Positions 47,804-59,572 of a stretch of 64,000 bases of DNA are shown in pieces. The stretch comes from Pseudovirgaria hyperparasitica (Eukaryota): the NCBI GenBank assembly GCA_010093815.1, contig ML996582.1, one strand, 5' to 3'. Position 1 is the stretch's first letter; each line of letters opens with the position of its first letter. Below the pieces are notes generated by a model, which searched no databases, was not told the DNA's origin, and worked only from the letters and a program-made list of their open reading frames with translations. Both the position numbers and the translations under genes were made by a program.

Positions 47804-50508
47804 CAATGCATTGGAGCTGGAGATTATCTGCTACCTGGTAGTCAACGTAGAATTAATGTCCCAGCGTAAGATATGGTGCACATCTAAAGTAGACGTCCTC
47901 TCTTAACGGTTTCACGGGCTATAAGAATGAAATTGATCGTGTCGAAGCGTAGTTCATCCTTATCTTATTATTATGTGAATGCTCTCCAAGGATGTGTTTG
48001 CTTACGTTCACGCTACCTTTAATAAAAACACTCCGATTACTAACGCCCAATCAGTTCTTAGAAGATCTGTCTAGAAGTTAAGAATAACATTCTGTCTGGC
48101 TACATTGTTTGTCTTATTTTTCTTGTCTTGGAATATATGCATATAATGCGTCTTCACCATGTGGGATTTGGTCTTGACCTTACTTCAATGAGCTTGATAC
48201 TTCGTCTCGCGATATCAAAGGAAAATGACGTCCATTGACCTAGCTGTCAGCATTCTCTCCTTTATCAATACTATAGATTACGGGTGGTAGCTTCGTGCCG
48301 TTCAAATGCAATAATGATGCCAGACCCTACCAAACCATTAAGCCTCTCCGACTAAGAGCATGCTTATATCCGCTACACCTGTCATTTTCCAGTCCATGCT
48401 TTATTCCTAAGTGTCTAGAAAACATATACTCTCCGTTAATGACATAGCTGGTACATAAGTTGACCTTTTTGACCTTTTAAATGATTCCGTCGGCTCTTGT
48501 TATAACAGCTCGCTATATTTTGAAAGTGGCTGGGCCAGTATTGCGTGTCTTTCCTGGCGATAGTACTACTTATATGAGGCGTACCATGCATATGCCTAAC
48601 ATCATCTATCATACCGCCCTACTTGATATTGCACCCCTCCCTTATAATGATATATTCGCTGTTGCCATTACTAAGACCAGCTCCGGAATCCTGCGCGGTA
48701 GGACGCGGTCAAGCAGCTGATAATATCCACCAAGAAGCGTGGCTACGACTATGTAAGGTGGCTGCCAGACATCTCAAGCGATACGCGCTTTCGCACTTCG
48801 GCATGCTAGTACCGCGTGTCCTAGGATCAGATTCCGTTCAATATTCTAGTCACTATGGATTCACAGACTAGCCATAAGGAGTCGTGCAGATGCTTTGAAC
48901 GGCACCCCATGTATCTTGAACGCGGCCAAAACATGCTCCTCCAGAAGATATTTTATCTCTTGTACTCGAGTTCTACTGCACGATATCTACATCTTAAAAC
49001 TCTGCAAAATTCCTTCAAGAACAGATATCGTGTACGGTTGCTATGCTCCGCATCTCACCACTTTGATGAAGTGCGGAGGGATGAATTTGGCATGATTGTC
49101 CTCTGCAGTAACGGCTTGCACTATGTATACGGATATGCGCAACTTGGAAGTTGTAGCATCAATAGAGCTGTGAGCGCTGGGCCTATATCTATACAGACTC
49201 ACTGTCATCGAGGCTGCGATGGAAGACAGTTGTAAGATGGTTATGAATATAAATATCCCGCGGCAGCATCGCGTGACCTTGATAACGAATTTATATATAG
49301 GAAGAACCTCTAAAAGAAGAACCATCATAGGGCATAGTCGACCCGAATAGATAGTACTATGTAGTCACTAACAAAAAGGATGGCCATAGGCACAGGACAT
49401 GACGCTTGCCTTGCGCCATTCGCCTTAAACTAATATGTTCAGTCATAGAGATAGATCATTGACGAGACAACAGTACTTACAGATAAAATTGGACCTGGGG
49501 TTGTTTTTCAACCATAGTCTTGGGAAACGTGGAGGGGCGAGGTGGCTGCCCAAGAAAGATCATTGCTCTATGAACAAGTTTTCAAGGTTTCTATACACCA
49601 TCTGGTCACACTAGGTAAATCAAGTATAGAATCGAGAGAGCTCGAGATGACGAATACGCGTCATGCGCTTTGCTGGTCGAGAGTGCCGCCAGTGCCTTCG
49701 AAATTACCATCAAAGGCAACAACACCGCGACATATCGAGGAACTTCACAACAACTTATACCCCTGAGAACGTGTAACTATCATTCAGCCACCGATAAAAC
49801 CACTAATCTAGTTGGTTTTAGACGCAGACGAACTCCGTTAGTCTCTCGTTGCCGGCTCTGACACACAATGAACCAAGGTATGGGCAATCACAACCATTAT
49901 CCTGTATTACTCTAACAACACTAAAGCCAGTAGAGAGAATCAATGCTGTGTTCAGCGCCTGCTGTGTTTGCGAGGCTGTTGCTGAAGCTAATACATGATT
50001 CGTCGCTGGAAATCGGCCAGAGTCCGCACTCGAGTTCTTACCAAGCAGATGCTATAGGGTCCGCATACTCCGCGCCTGGATCCTAGTCTCACAAGACATA
50101 GACTTCTCCAGTACCATATCAGAGGCCCAAAGCTCTAGAATACATATGAGTCTTTGTAACAAAGGTATAGCCATGGCGTGCGAACCCTGCTGGACAGAGT
50201 AGTTGAAATTCTAATGGGGGAGTCTAGCCTAAATCACTCCTTTGATGGGCCTGGCTTCCTAGCCTTCGGTCTTCATGTCTATCTTTATTGTATAGCTGAA
50301 GAATAGACATATCTTGGTTTTCTACACTTCCTCTTGATCGGAGTCACGACAATGTTCTGAGTAGTGTTAGTGCTATCATCCTGTGAATGAATAAAAGAGC
50401 ATGACAACGTTCTAATGATCTTCAGACGGGGAGATGATCTTGTGAACGTCGACCTCTCATAAAATCATGGAAGCAGATGATGCATTGATTGACTATGCCA
50501 ATTGTCCC

Positions 50509-51444
50509 TCACACGTGTTTGAATTTCGAATACAGCCACAAGACCGTGGCTACGCTACCTGTTGCCAGAAGCATGTTCAAGCCGACAAGGATATTTCTTG
50601 CACGGCCAAAGCTCTTCATTACGTTTTGGAACTCCTTCGTATCATTGACCCGTGGAAATGGAATCTTCTCCCCTTTTTCATTCAACGGCAACGGCTTGCC
50701 TAGAAACTTGCATAGCGGCTCCCAACCCTCTTTCACATTCATCTCCAGAAAGCGCTCCGGGGTGTCCTTCACAATATCATATACAGCCTCCTTATGCTCT
50801 CGATATGATGCCGCGCCGCGCTCCGGATTGAAGTCAAGAAACTTGCGCATATCGCCATGCAGGGCAATCTTCTCATTCAGCGTCTGAGTTGGTAGATCTG
50901 GTAAGAAAAACTGGTAAATTCGCGCCCATAGCGATGTGCCTGGTAGCATCATTCTTGTCAACGGTACTAATGTGTTCTGCACACTCGCGTACCATTGTTC
51001 CGGACTATCGCGCGTTGTGAGGATGATCTTGGCGTCGGGATATGCGGCGGCAAGTTCAGGCATGAAGAATATGGTGGGCGTATCTGTCGTCGCCATGCAA
51101 TGACCTAGCAATTGGTCCCAGTCGGCACGTGTGTAGGGTTTACCTGTAGCCTCGTATTTGGCAGCTAGCGCTTCACACCACATGGCGGCTTCGGAGGTGT
51201 TTTGATCGCGCATGATGTTCCGCACTGGAAGATGTCAGTTCGGATCATTGATAGAGTGAGTAGTGGTAAATAGCATACTATGATATGTGTCTTTGTAACC
51301 CAAGATCTCCAAGGCTTCGCGCAGGCTCGAGGTGCCCGTTCTGCTTGCGCCGAAGCCAAGCACCTGCAATGGCACTTGACGAGTGCATTCTCGTCTGTTC
51401 TCTCCTCTTGATGGTGCAATTGCTTTGAGAATGATACTCGCCAT
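50509..51444 (-). CDS. P-loop sulfotransferase-like protein (Sulfotransfer_4 / 'NAD-dependent epimerase'-annotated family), 2 exons
   Basis: VLGFGASRTGTSSLREALEILGYKDTYH / intron ~51226-51277 / AYPDAKIILTTRD...WYAS, EGWEPLCKFLG, PFPRVND; C-terminal hydrophobic anchor. Confidence 0.8.
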
Positions 51445-52096
51445 GTCGGATGTTGATAAGCAGTGTATGAGAAGGTGAGAAGGTGAGAAAGTACAGTTCT
51501 GAGGACGGCGACATCTTGACCGAACGGATGGGGCTGGGAGCTCAGCGCATTTAATTCGGGCCGATCAATGGAAGTAGTCGCACGGCCAACATACGGGGTT
51601 GCAGATCACCATTACGGCGAGACTCGAGTGATGGCGCCGGGCTTATTGTTGTTATCAGTGGAAAAGGGCGAGTTGTTGGGTTAGAATGAAAGCCACGATT
51701 TTCAGCCGAGGTCGTGATGACGCAGATGGAGACCGAGGGCTGTAGCAAAAGCGCGCCGACATGAGCAATGTGTACCTAGTAGCTGAAGAATTATGGTAAT
51801 GGAAATTATACAGTAGAGTTGAGATGGTTGTTAGTCAATAAGTTGTCTCTTTAATTAAACCTGGTATGAATCATGCGAGGTCATGCTGCAGGCAGACACT
51901 AGGCCACTTTGAGATCCATTGACCGTACACTTTAGGTGATTACCATTCCGGCCGTCAGGTTTGCCAAAGAAAGCAGTGGCCAGTGAGTCCGGTCTGTAGT
52001 GTATAGATCTATATGGATAGGTATTAACAAACAACACATCCGGGGTAAGCTCTAGGGTGACAGACGAGCGATCAGCGGCCTCATGCAATCGAGCAG

Positions 52097-52564
52097 TCCT
52101 CCGTAAATCTTAGCACGTGTCGCGTGCGTAACACACCCCCCTTTATAAGAGATAACATTTTCTTTACTAAACTATAGAATTAGGACTCTAGAAAGCTTTC
52201 TAATCATATTTAAGTATAGTTCTATATAGACTATTATATAATATATATAAACGATAAGAGAAAAAGAGTAGATAAATAATTTTTGAAAAAAATCTTTAAA
52301 TAATAGATATCTTAGATAGAGAAAAGAGAACGAGACTAAAATAGATGTTTATTTAACTTATTTATTTATTCTTTTTTTTCTATATTTCTTATATAGTAGA
52401 GAGTAAGATACTATATAGAAGTATATTTAGATATTATTAAAAAGCTTCCTAGAGTTCTAATTCTAGAGTTATTAAAGATGATATAAGATCTTTAGAAAAT
52501 TAAAAATGTTTATTTTACGCGCAACTCTTAGCGCTAAGAGTTGCGCTGAAAAAGTCACGGACGA
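52097..52564. mobile_element. AT-rich inverted-repeat (MITE/foldback-like) relic
   Basis: 52161-52236 is an imperfect reverse complement of ~52405-52479. The ends tcctccgt.../...acggacga also pair, and there is a perfect 28-bp palindrome at 52519-52546. Confidence 0.7.
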
Positions 52565-52677
52565 ATTACCGTGCCAAGCGTCAACCTTTTCCTCATTGGA
52601 TTCCATTGTTTTGCTGCCTATACTATAGTACCTACATGTGCTCTGGGGCTATATACTAGTGTACATCACTAATTATG

Positions 52678-52718
52678 CTTATCATTATTATTATTATCAT
52701 CATCATTATCATCATCAT
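52678..52718 (+). repeat. (TTA/TCA)n trinucleotide microsatellite
   Basis: ttatcattattattattatcatcatcattatcatcatcatt. Confidence 0.8.
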
Positions 52719-54009
52719 TTATGGACGCTGCTTTCTTGTTCAACCGTAAGCTTAGGTGGTGGTGCCAGTGATGCCACTTCGGACACAGCTCCGCTCGGCG
52801 TTGTCTTACATATTTCTATTTCATGTACTTACTTGCGTGTCGAGTGGCAAAATACCAACTCATGACTTTGATAATATAACCAACAAACTTGGTGTTACAC
52901 AGGTGAAGTCGAAGCCAACGAGAGTGCAGAGTAAGCCAGTGAAGGGTAAGCCAACGAAAATGAAGGGTAAGCCGCCTCGCCTTTCTTCGCATAAAGCCCG
53001 TTCGTCTACCCTTCAACATTCTTTCCTCAATCCACAATCTTCCAAGCAATCCAAGTCTGCTTCCCATCAACTGAATCTTCGAACCAAGCCTTTAACTCCG
53101 TTCCTTCGAACTAGCGCACCCTAAAACGTCCCTCGCTTTGTCCAGGTCTCCGCGTCTACTGCACAGCTTCGTCTCGCGCCCAAACCCCCACAAAATATTC
53201 ACTCTACGAGCCCTAGGTTTCGCCTGATCAAGGAACAATCTTTATTCTGTTCGCGACACCTAACATGACGGCATCCGTCCCTTCCGCTGCCGTCCTGATG
53301 AACAATGCTCCTGGTTACCCTCCACCAAACACTGATCCACTCCCAAGCGATTTTCCGCCTATGTTTTAGCAGATACTTGAGTCCACTTCTTGATCATCCG
53401 CAACAGCCGAATTCCGACTCTGCCAGAGACAGGACAGCTCCATCCATACACGCATTGTGCCTTCCACTACAGAGTGGCTTTAGGCGACCTCCACAGATAC
53501 TCTAAGATAAATTCTCCGTCTAGGCCCTGAATTATAACGCGCTCTCAATCTCCTGCTCAATCATCCGCTGCACTATGGCTTGGCTATCACTTCGAAGGTT
53601 GGGTAGATTCTTTGGCTTTCTGGAAAGTGCTGAATTGAAAAATTGGAAAGCGGCGTCCTGAGACGAGTCGGTATCAGAACCACGACTTTAACGACTGTTA
53701 TCAATAATCTGGCGTTAAAATAGCGTTTCGTTGACTCAACGCGAGGACAACACTTTTTACCTTACCGTCCTTTATAGGCAAGGTTCTTGTCCTCACCTCA
53801 AAAGTTTCTGAAGTCCAACGGGAATGGTTCGTCACTTCATTTACAAAAGTTCTTCTGGCCTTTACCAAAACTTCTTTGTCTAGATAATTTCCCACTCTCT
53901 TCGTGCGTCTCACATAAGCAGGTGCACACGCGTGACTCATCGCGCACAAGATCCAGCCTGTCTGAACACGACTGGTCTCCATTACAAGTGTCTACAGCAC
54001 AATTTGAAT

Positions 54010-54625
54010 ATACCATTCTTAGTCTGTTCCGCAACCCAGTCTGACATCCCAGCAGCCGCATTCACACTCGCTTCCGCTTTCTCCACCGGCGAACTTGAGC
54101 AATGGCTGCGCTATTCTTCGTTAGCACCCCCACGGTACATACCGCGCGAAGCTAGACTGAAGATTAACCAGCCACGCAAAGTCCTACTTATTGCCAGCGA
54201 TGACGATGTGTAACCACCGCAGATTGCAGGTTGCGCGATGTAGACGCGCAAAGGCCATAATACGCATGCGGCTACGCATGGAACCGTGGTACGAATATAC
54301 CATTCTTAATCACAGTGTTGACTGGACTCGAATCAATCACTTCGATCTCATCACATAAGACTTCCCTTCCCTACCCTCAACTCTCTTACCGATTATTGGG
54401 ACTTGTCCAATCTTGCTGTGGCCCCAGAACTTCAACGGCGTGGAACAGGTAAACTGTTGATGGAGTGGGGTATGCAGAGAGCGACTGAGGAAGGAGTGGT
54501 GTATGTGCTGGAAAATAGTCCGCAAAGAAAGCGCTAGTATGGGAAAACCAGGCTGGAAAGTGTGTCAGAGAGCATTATGTACTGGCATAGAGGGATGTGG
54601 CATGATTTTTAGATCCGAAGCTAGA
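54010..54625 (+). pseudogene. GNAT N-acetyltransferase pseudogene
   Basis: PFLVCSATQSDIPAAAFTLASAF..., IAGCAM*TR (W to TAG), and YWDLSNLAVAPELQRRGTGKLLMEWGMQRATEEG (GNAT motif A, QxxGxG), with stops at 54211, ~54241 and 54535. The putative start codon reads ATA. Confidence 0.7.
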
Positions 54626-54996
54626 AGATTGACGACATCTATATAATAAATAATTATAGTGTAAGAGTAAAGAGTAACCTTAAGCTAAAGTTTCGCATAC
54701 GTGATGTGTTAGATAGAGCGTGCGAAGATCAACACTCGGTACTGCCTGAGCGTTTCACATTGCATTCGACCTGATATACTTACTCTAAGAAAATAATTGG
54801 CATGTCGTTCAAGCAAACATCACCATAACGAGTGAGCACCTAGCACATAGTAGCCAGAGAATCTTGCACTTTGCTCCTCTCCATTATCCATGAGACCTCA
54901 TAAATACAGGAATGAATGGTGTGGAGAACTTTGTTATGTAGTCTAAATTTAAGAGAGGAGTCAAGCATCACAAATCATGTCGAAATACTGGCAAGA

Positions 54997-57314
54997 TTAC
55001 GTATCAGCAGAGAACACTCCATCTGGCCCGGCATATCCGGTATCATTTCCCCTTCCTGCGTCTCCTGCCAGGTTAGTAGTGGCTTCGGCCCACACCTTTA
55101 CTTCTGGCGAGTACACCGGTTGGCCATCATCGTCGGGCAGGGTCACTTCGTTAGACGTGATCGCAACTATAAGACCATCGACACGGGATCGGTCGATTAC
55201 AGTGCCGTCCTATCATGTATCAGTCCAGTTCTTCTTCGCACCTTCGTATGGACAAAACTCACTAGAGTAGCTCTCCAATGCATATTCCTCTTGAGATAGT
55301 CGACTACGGTTGTCGGTCCTAAATCTGGGATGAGCTGTGCAAGGTATCGTTCTGCCAGGGCAACTGTAAGTGGGATCTGGCCCGTGACGTGAACATTATC
55401 ATCTTGATCTTGCTGGCATTTCTCACAGCCTGTCGTCTCAGTCTGTCCGAAGGGCGAGAACATGCCAACGTGGTTCGGCGATAACGGCCACAGGATGACA
55501 TTGTCTTCCTGTACGGGTCCCAAGAAGATATGAACCTGGTATCTTCCACGTAAAGAGTGCTTCAAGGCCTTTATGTTAACTAGCCATTCCAGGTACTTGT
55601 TGTCAGGCGCCAAGTCTCGCAAGAAAGGCATCTCGGGTTTGAGCGATTGCGCAAGCAACTCTTGTGTTGGAGGAAGAGATGGTACGACTGTGAATGCTGT
55701 TGCAGTGTTCACAGTCTCTTGACTGGCCATGGCTTTGTGCATCATAGCTGGTGCAAGGAGGTCCTGGCCCGCCGTCTCAACTCTGCGCTTGCTGAGTTGA
55801 ATATTTCTGGACAAAGGTTGATAATAAGCATCGACCTTCGCAGTCAGCTTTGCTTTCGCCTCTTTGGACACCGGGTACGAGAGACCCAAGGTTTCTGGGT
55901 ATGCATAGCCAAAGCGTTCCGTCCTCTTCACCATAGTGGAGTCGAACCAGCCCGTTGGAGAATCTTCAAACTTGAAGGGGTACAATTTTGTGGAAGCGTC
56001 TTCAGTGGAACCTCGTGGGAGCATTGCAGTTCCGTCTCCGCCTTTTCTCTTCGTAACCCAAGCATCAGGAGAACCGTCATCATGCAAGCCTTGCCAGATG
56101 GCGAAGAGTCGATCAATGTTGCAGTGATGGAGCCAGAATATTGGATCGAATGCAGCTGTGGCAGGACTTCCCATGTGACCGCCTCCACCGACGGCATTGT
56201 GAACAGTGTTGTGAATACCTTCTAAGCTTCCCCATGTCTCAATGCCATTGAGCGGAGCTCTGTCAGGGTTGCCGCCATCCTCCGAGTTGAACCACCTATT
56301 ATTGCTCATGGTATCATACCGGCCATATGACTTCAGTATATACGCTACCCGCTCAGAAAGATTTTTCGCAGCGTTGATGGACCTTCGGATATTTGTTTTG
56401 TCTGCAGTCTGAGGGTTCCTGATCAGGTCCCACAGCTCGTTCTGCTGCGGATATCTCTCAGTTATCTCCGTCTCCTAGAGGGATTCAGTATGAGATTCGG
56501 TTCTGTTGGAACAGACACGACATACCGATATGTCATTGGGCCTGTTTCGTGGAAACTTGTAATTAAAAAGCGGGTTAACGGCATTTTCCTTCAAATCAGA
56601 AGCTGTGGAATTTGGATTAGGAACAATTGGTGTATACTCTTCCTGGTTCGCCAATGAAGGAAATAGGTCTGTTCTGTCGGGTCGAGCCCAATCCCAGTAT
56701 GGAAGACGCAGGTTCTTGGCAATCAAAAGGTATTCGCCCTTCTCTGGATTTGTGTCAGGGATTCCAATAGCAACGTCTTGGACGTGCCTGTGAAGAGCCG
56801 ACTGTGGGAACAGCATAAGCAACAGAAACTGCTGAAGCCACGCACGTGAGAGAACTCACCTCGAAGAGGGCGAGATAAGGACGGTGCCATGTCAAGAAGA
56901 TGATCGAGGTATGGGTGCAAAAGCCTCTTAGTGCACCCTTGGATACGTCCAACTCTTCCTTTGTTGCTGTTCTGGGCCATGGAGTCCGGTAAGGCACGCC
57001 ATGAATTCCTATGGCCATTAAGCTCTAAAAAATCTAACCACTTCTACATTGACTGACCGGCCAACTGAAAGTAGGACAGTGGATCGTCCTTGTCAACTCT
57101 CTTGAGTTTCTCAAGACCCTCGAGGAAGAGGTACAGCTCCTTATCAGACAGGTCTCGTAACTCCTTGCGGACTGGAGCCGGACCTATACACCTATCAGCG
57201 ACAGAACTCAACTATAATCCGAGGTATACTATAGACGGCGAGTAAGGATAATAGAAACATACTTCCTGGCTCGAGTCGGACGCCATTGGCAAGGAGATTC
57301 GCCCATTTGGTCAT
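54997..57314 (-). CDS. Tyrosinase (type-3 copper), ~6 exons, with C-terminal shielding domain
   Basis: CuA: GIHGVPY, FCTHTSIIFLTWHRPYL; LRLPYWDWA; CuB: LEGIHNTVHNAVG...HMG...AAFDPIFWLHHCNIDRL; C-terminal CEKC. ATG 57314; stop ...FSADT-TAA at 54997. Confidence 0.88.
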
Positions 57315-58155
57315 CTTGAGTCCTCTCGAAGGTTTGTTCCGGGCAATATGAAAGTAGATGGATGGTCAACGGAGAGACAAGGGACTATATACCAGACCGC
57401 TTGTTGGAAAAGTCGATATCAGGGCTGAGAATTGTACCCGATCTAGACTGCCTCACAGGGTGCGCTGTGGCTTGCTGTATGTTGACAGAAATCCCCATGC
57501 CGGTATAAGGTTGGTGGATAGATGCCTGGCGAGAATAAAAAGCCTCTAGTTGGATCCTGAGAACAGATAATTAATGCTGTGGAATGTTGATACGAACCAA
57601 CAGGGCGACCAGGTTGCTGTCGAATTATCACACCCAGTCACATTCGTTTGGTGTCAGAGCTGAGCATAAGCATCGATGCATGTCGACTAAGCTGTCAGCC
57701 ACATGTGTTGTCGAATAGGAACGGGCTAAGAGTCTCGACCATTCCAAAAGGCCGTAGTCGTTGTACTTATGCAGGCATAGTAATAGTAAGTGCTTATAAT
57801 GCTCTGCTACAAATGCAGTGAAAGTGTAGTATCGAAGATAATCGTGAATTGATCAACGACGGATGCGCGACGCGACCTTTATCATGCACTCGAGAGTCAC
57901 GTGATATACCAGATCAAGAAAACGATGTTCTCCGGTAATAATAAGCACGCTGAATGGGCGCAGGTTTTTCAAAACCTGATAATAATCTGAATCTGGTTAT
58001 TTGCTTTCATAATGGCCTTCTCCGACCGACCAACTTGGACTACCGGGATACTCCAGCGCGAATTGATTGCAGATGTGGTGCTGTTTGTCTCAGATTGGCA
58101 TACACTCGAACTGAGTATCGACGCCATATAAGAAGGGCTGCCGCTGAGTTGTACA

Positions 58156-59052
58156 CTATGATCGAACACATACCATGAAAAGTCGCGGAAATCGTAGCAA
58201 GACCGAGCCATCCTTATTGAGTGGATACGCCGCCTTGATGCTTTCGAGATAATTTTGCAGGAACGTTTTCTGCATGTCTTTCTCTAGTGGCTGTAGGTAG
58301 GGCCTCAGCCCACTCTGTTTGAACCAAGAAACTATAGCCTCGTGCCCATCAAGGCGATGCTGGTAATAAGTGTGCCAGATATCAATGTTCCGACAAAGAG
58401 GCTGCATGCGATCATATAGAGTGTTGGGTCGCGGAAAGATTGAACGACCCGGACTTTTCTGGGATAGAAGTCCTGCCCAAGGTCCTGCGGACGCCGTTTC
58501 GGCCATGAGGACATGACTAGGTTCGGTCACGTTGTCCGGAACCTGCATCGCGAACACACCACCACTTGGCTGGCTCTTCACCCACTTCTCAATGATAGGA
58601 AGAATCAGCTCGGCGGGCAGCCACTGCAAAGTAGCATTCGTGAAGAGTAGATCTGCTGCCTCATTTCCCTGCGGCGGTTCCCATATCGCCAGGTCGGCGA
58701 GTTCAAAATCTGCAGCTGGTAAGACTTCCCGAGCTTTGCGTAGCATGTCTGGTGACGAATCAATTCCGCGGATGCGAGTACTTCTCGACGAAGGGTATCG
58801 AGAAGCAAGAACTGCAGTCGAGTTGGCGGGTCCACAGCCAAGATCAATAATGTTCTTAGGATTCTGCAGTGGAATTGCAGCTACAAGGTCCCTTGACGGA
58901 CGCGTTCTTTCGTCAGCGAAGCGTAAATACTGGGATGCATCCCAGTCAGCAGTCTGTCCTACTGAAATTGCTCGTGAGCCCTTCGCGGATGATGCCCTGA
59001 ACGAGCTGCCCACGTGGCCATGGACCTTGCATGGAATTCTGAACGCGTTCAT
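58156..59052 (-). CDS. Trans-aconitate 2-methyltransferase (Tam-like SAM methyltransferase), intronless
   Basis: WDASQYLRFADERTRPSRDL, IDLGCGPANST, GIDSSPDML, NATLQWLP, AMQVPDN, GLRPYL, LLRFPRLF. The N-terminal extension is Arg/Ser-rich. Confidence 0.85.
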   Translation of the reverse strand: MNAFRIPCKVHGHVGSSFRASSAKGSRAISVGQTADWDASQYLRFADERTRPSRDLVAAIPLQNPKNIIDLGCGPANSTAVLASRYPSSRSTRIRGIDSSPDMLRKAREVLPAADFELADLAIWEPPQGNEAADLLFTNATLQWLPAELILPIIEKWVKSQPSGGVFAMQVPDNVTEPSHVLMAETASAGPWAGLLSQKSPGRSIFPRPNTLYDRMQPLCRNIDIWHTYYQHRLDGHEAIVSWFKQSGLRPYLQPLEKDMQKTFLQNYLESIKAAYPLNKDGSVLLRFPRLFMVCVRS

Positions 59053-59137
59053 TGCGAGTTGGGATGCAATTGCAGTAGTAGTGACCGGAAGGACGGCAAG
59101 TCAAAGGGAAGAATTAGGAATCTGTAGAGGTAGGTAC

Positions 59138-59572
59138 GAGAATGTCCCAAGTGTCTAGTGTATTTTAATGTACCATACTAAAATTGCTGTTGGATCCCTA
59201 TTATGTCATCCCCATGAATCAGATGTTATTCAGCACTAGGCTTATATATAGAGGGAATAGCTAGGTAGATAGATACGTTGGTTGATCAACTTTACCTACG
59301 TTAAATCTACTGAAGTTTCTACATTATTATCTTAGAAGAAGAGAAAGATAAGAAAAAGAGGTAAATAAAAGACAGACGAGTAGGAAAACGGCGAAGATTA
59401 CTTTGGCTAAACTGGTTCTATATAATCATCTAGGCAACCCCATAGGCTACGAATATACACGTGCCTTAAGCTTATTCTATATTGCTTAGTAAGATGGATT
59501 AGGCTGCATGGTAGAATGAACTATTGATGCGATACATTACATATAATACATGGCACAGCTTGAGTAGCCCTT
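59138..59572. mobile_element. Second, more degenerate member of the Mutator-like MITE family seen at 19426-20125
   Basis: 59445-59572 resembles 20003-20125 (ggctacgaatatacacgtgccttaagcttattctatattgcttagtaag...). Left end gagaatgtcccaagtgtctagtgtattttaatg resembles 19426-19460. Flanks ggtaggtac and ggtacgtaa match 7/9. Confidence 0.65.

Noticed and set aside
48000..50400. Possible decayed gene(s) in the long gap after the DHCR24-like gene
   Set aside because: Fragments are coding-like in places but no family could be recognised; needs BLASTX.
52756..53124. 122-aa ORF with KSKP/KGKP repeats
   Set aside because: Arises from a short imperfect tandem repeat next to a microsatellite and a TE relic; no support as a protein.
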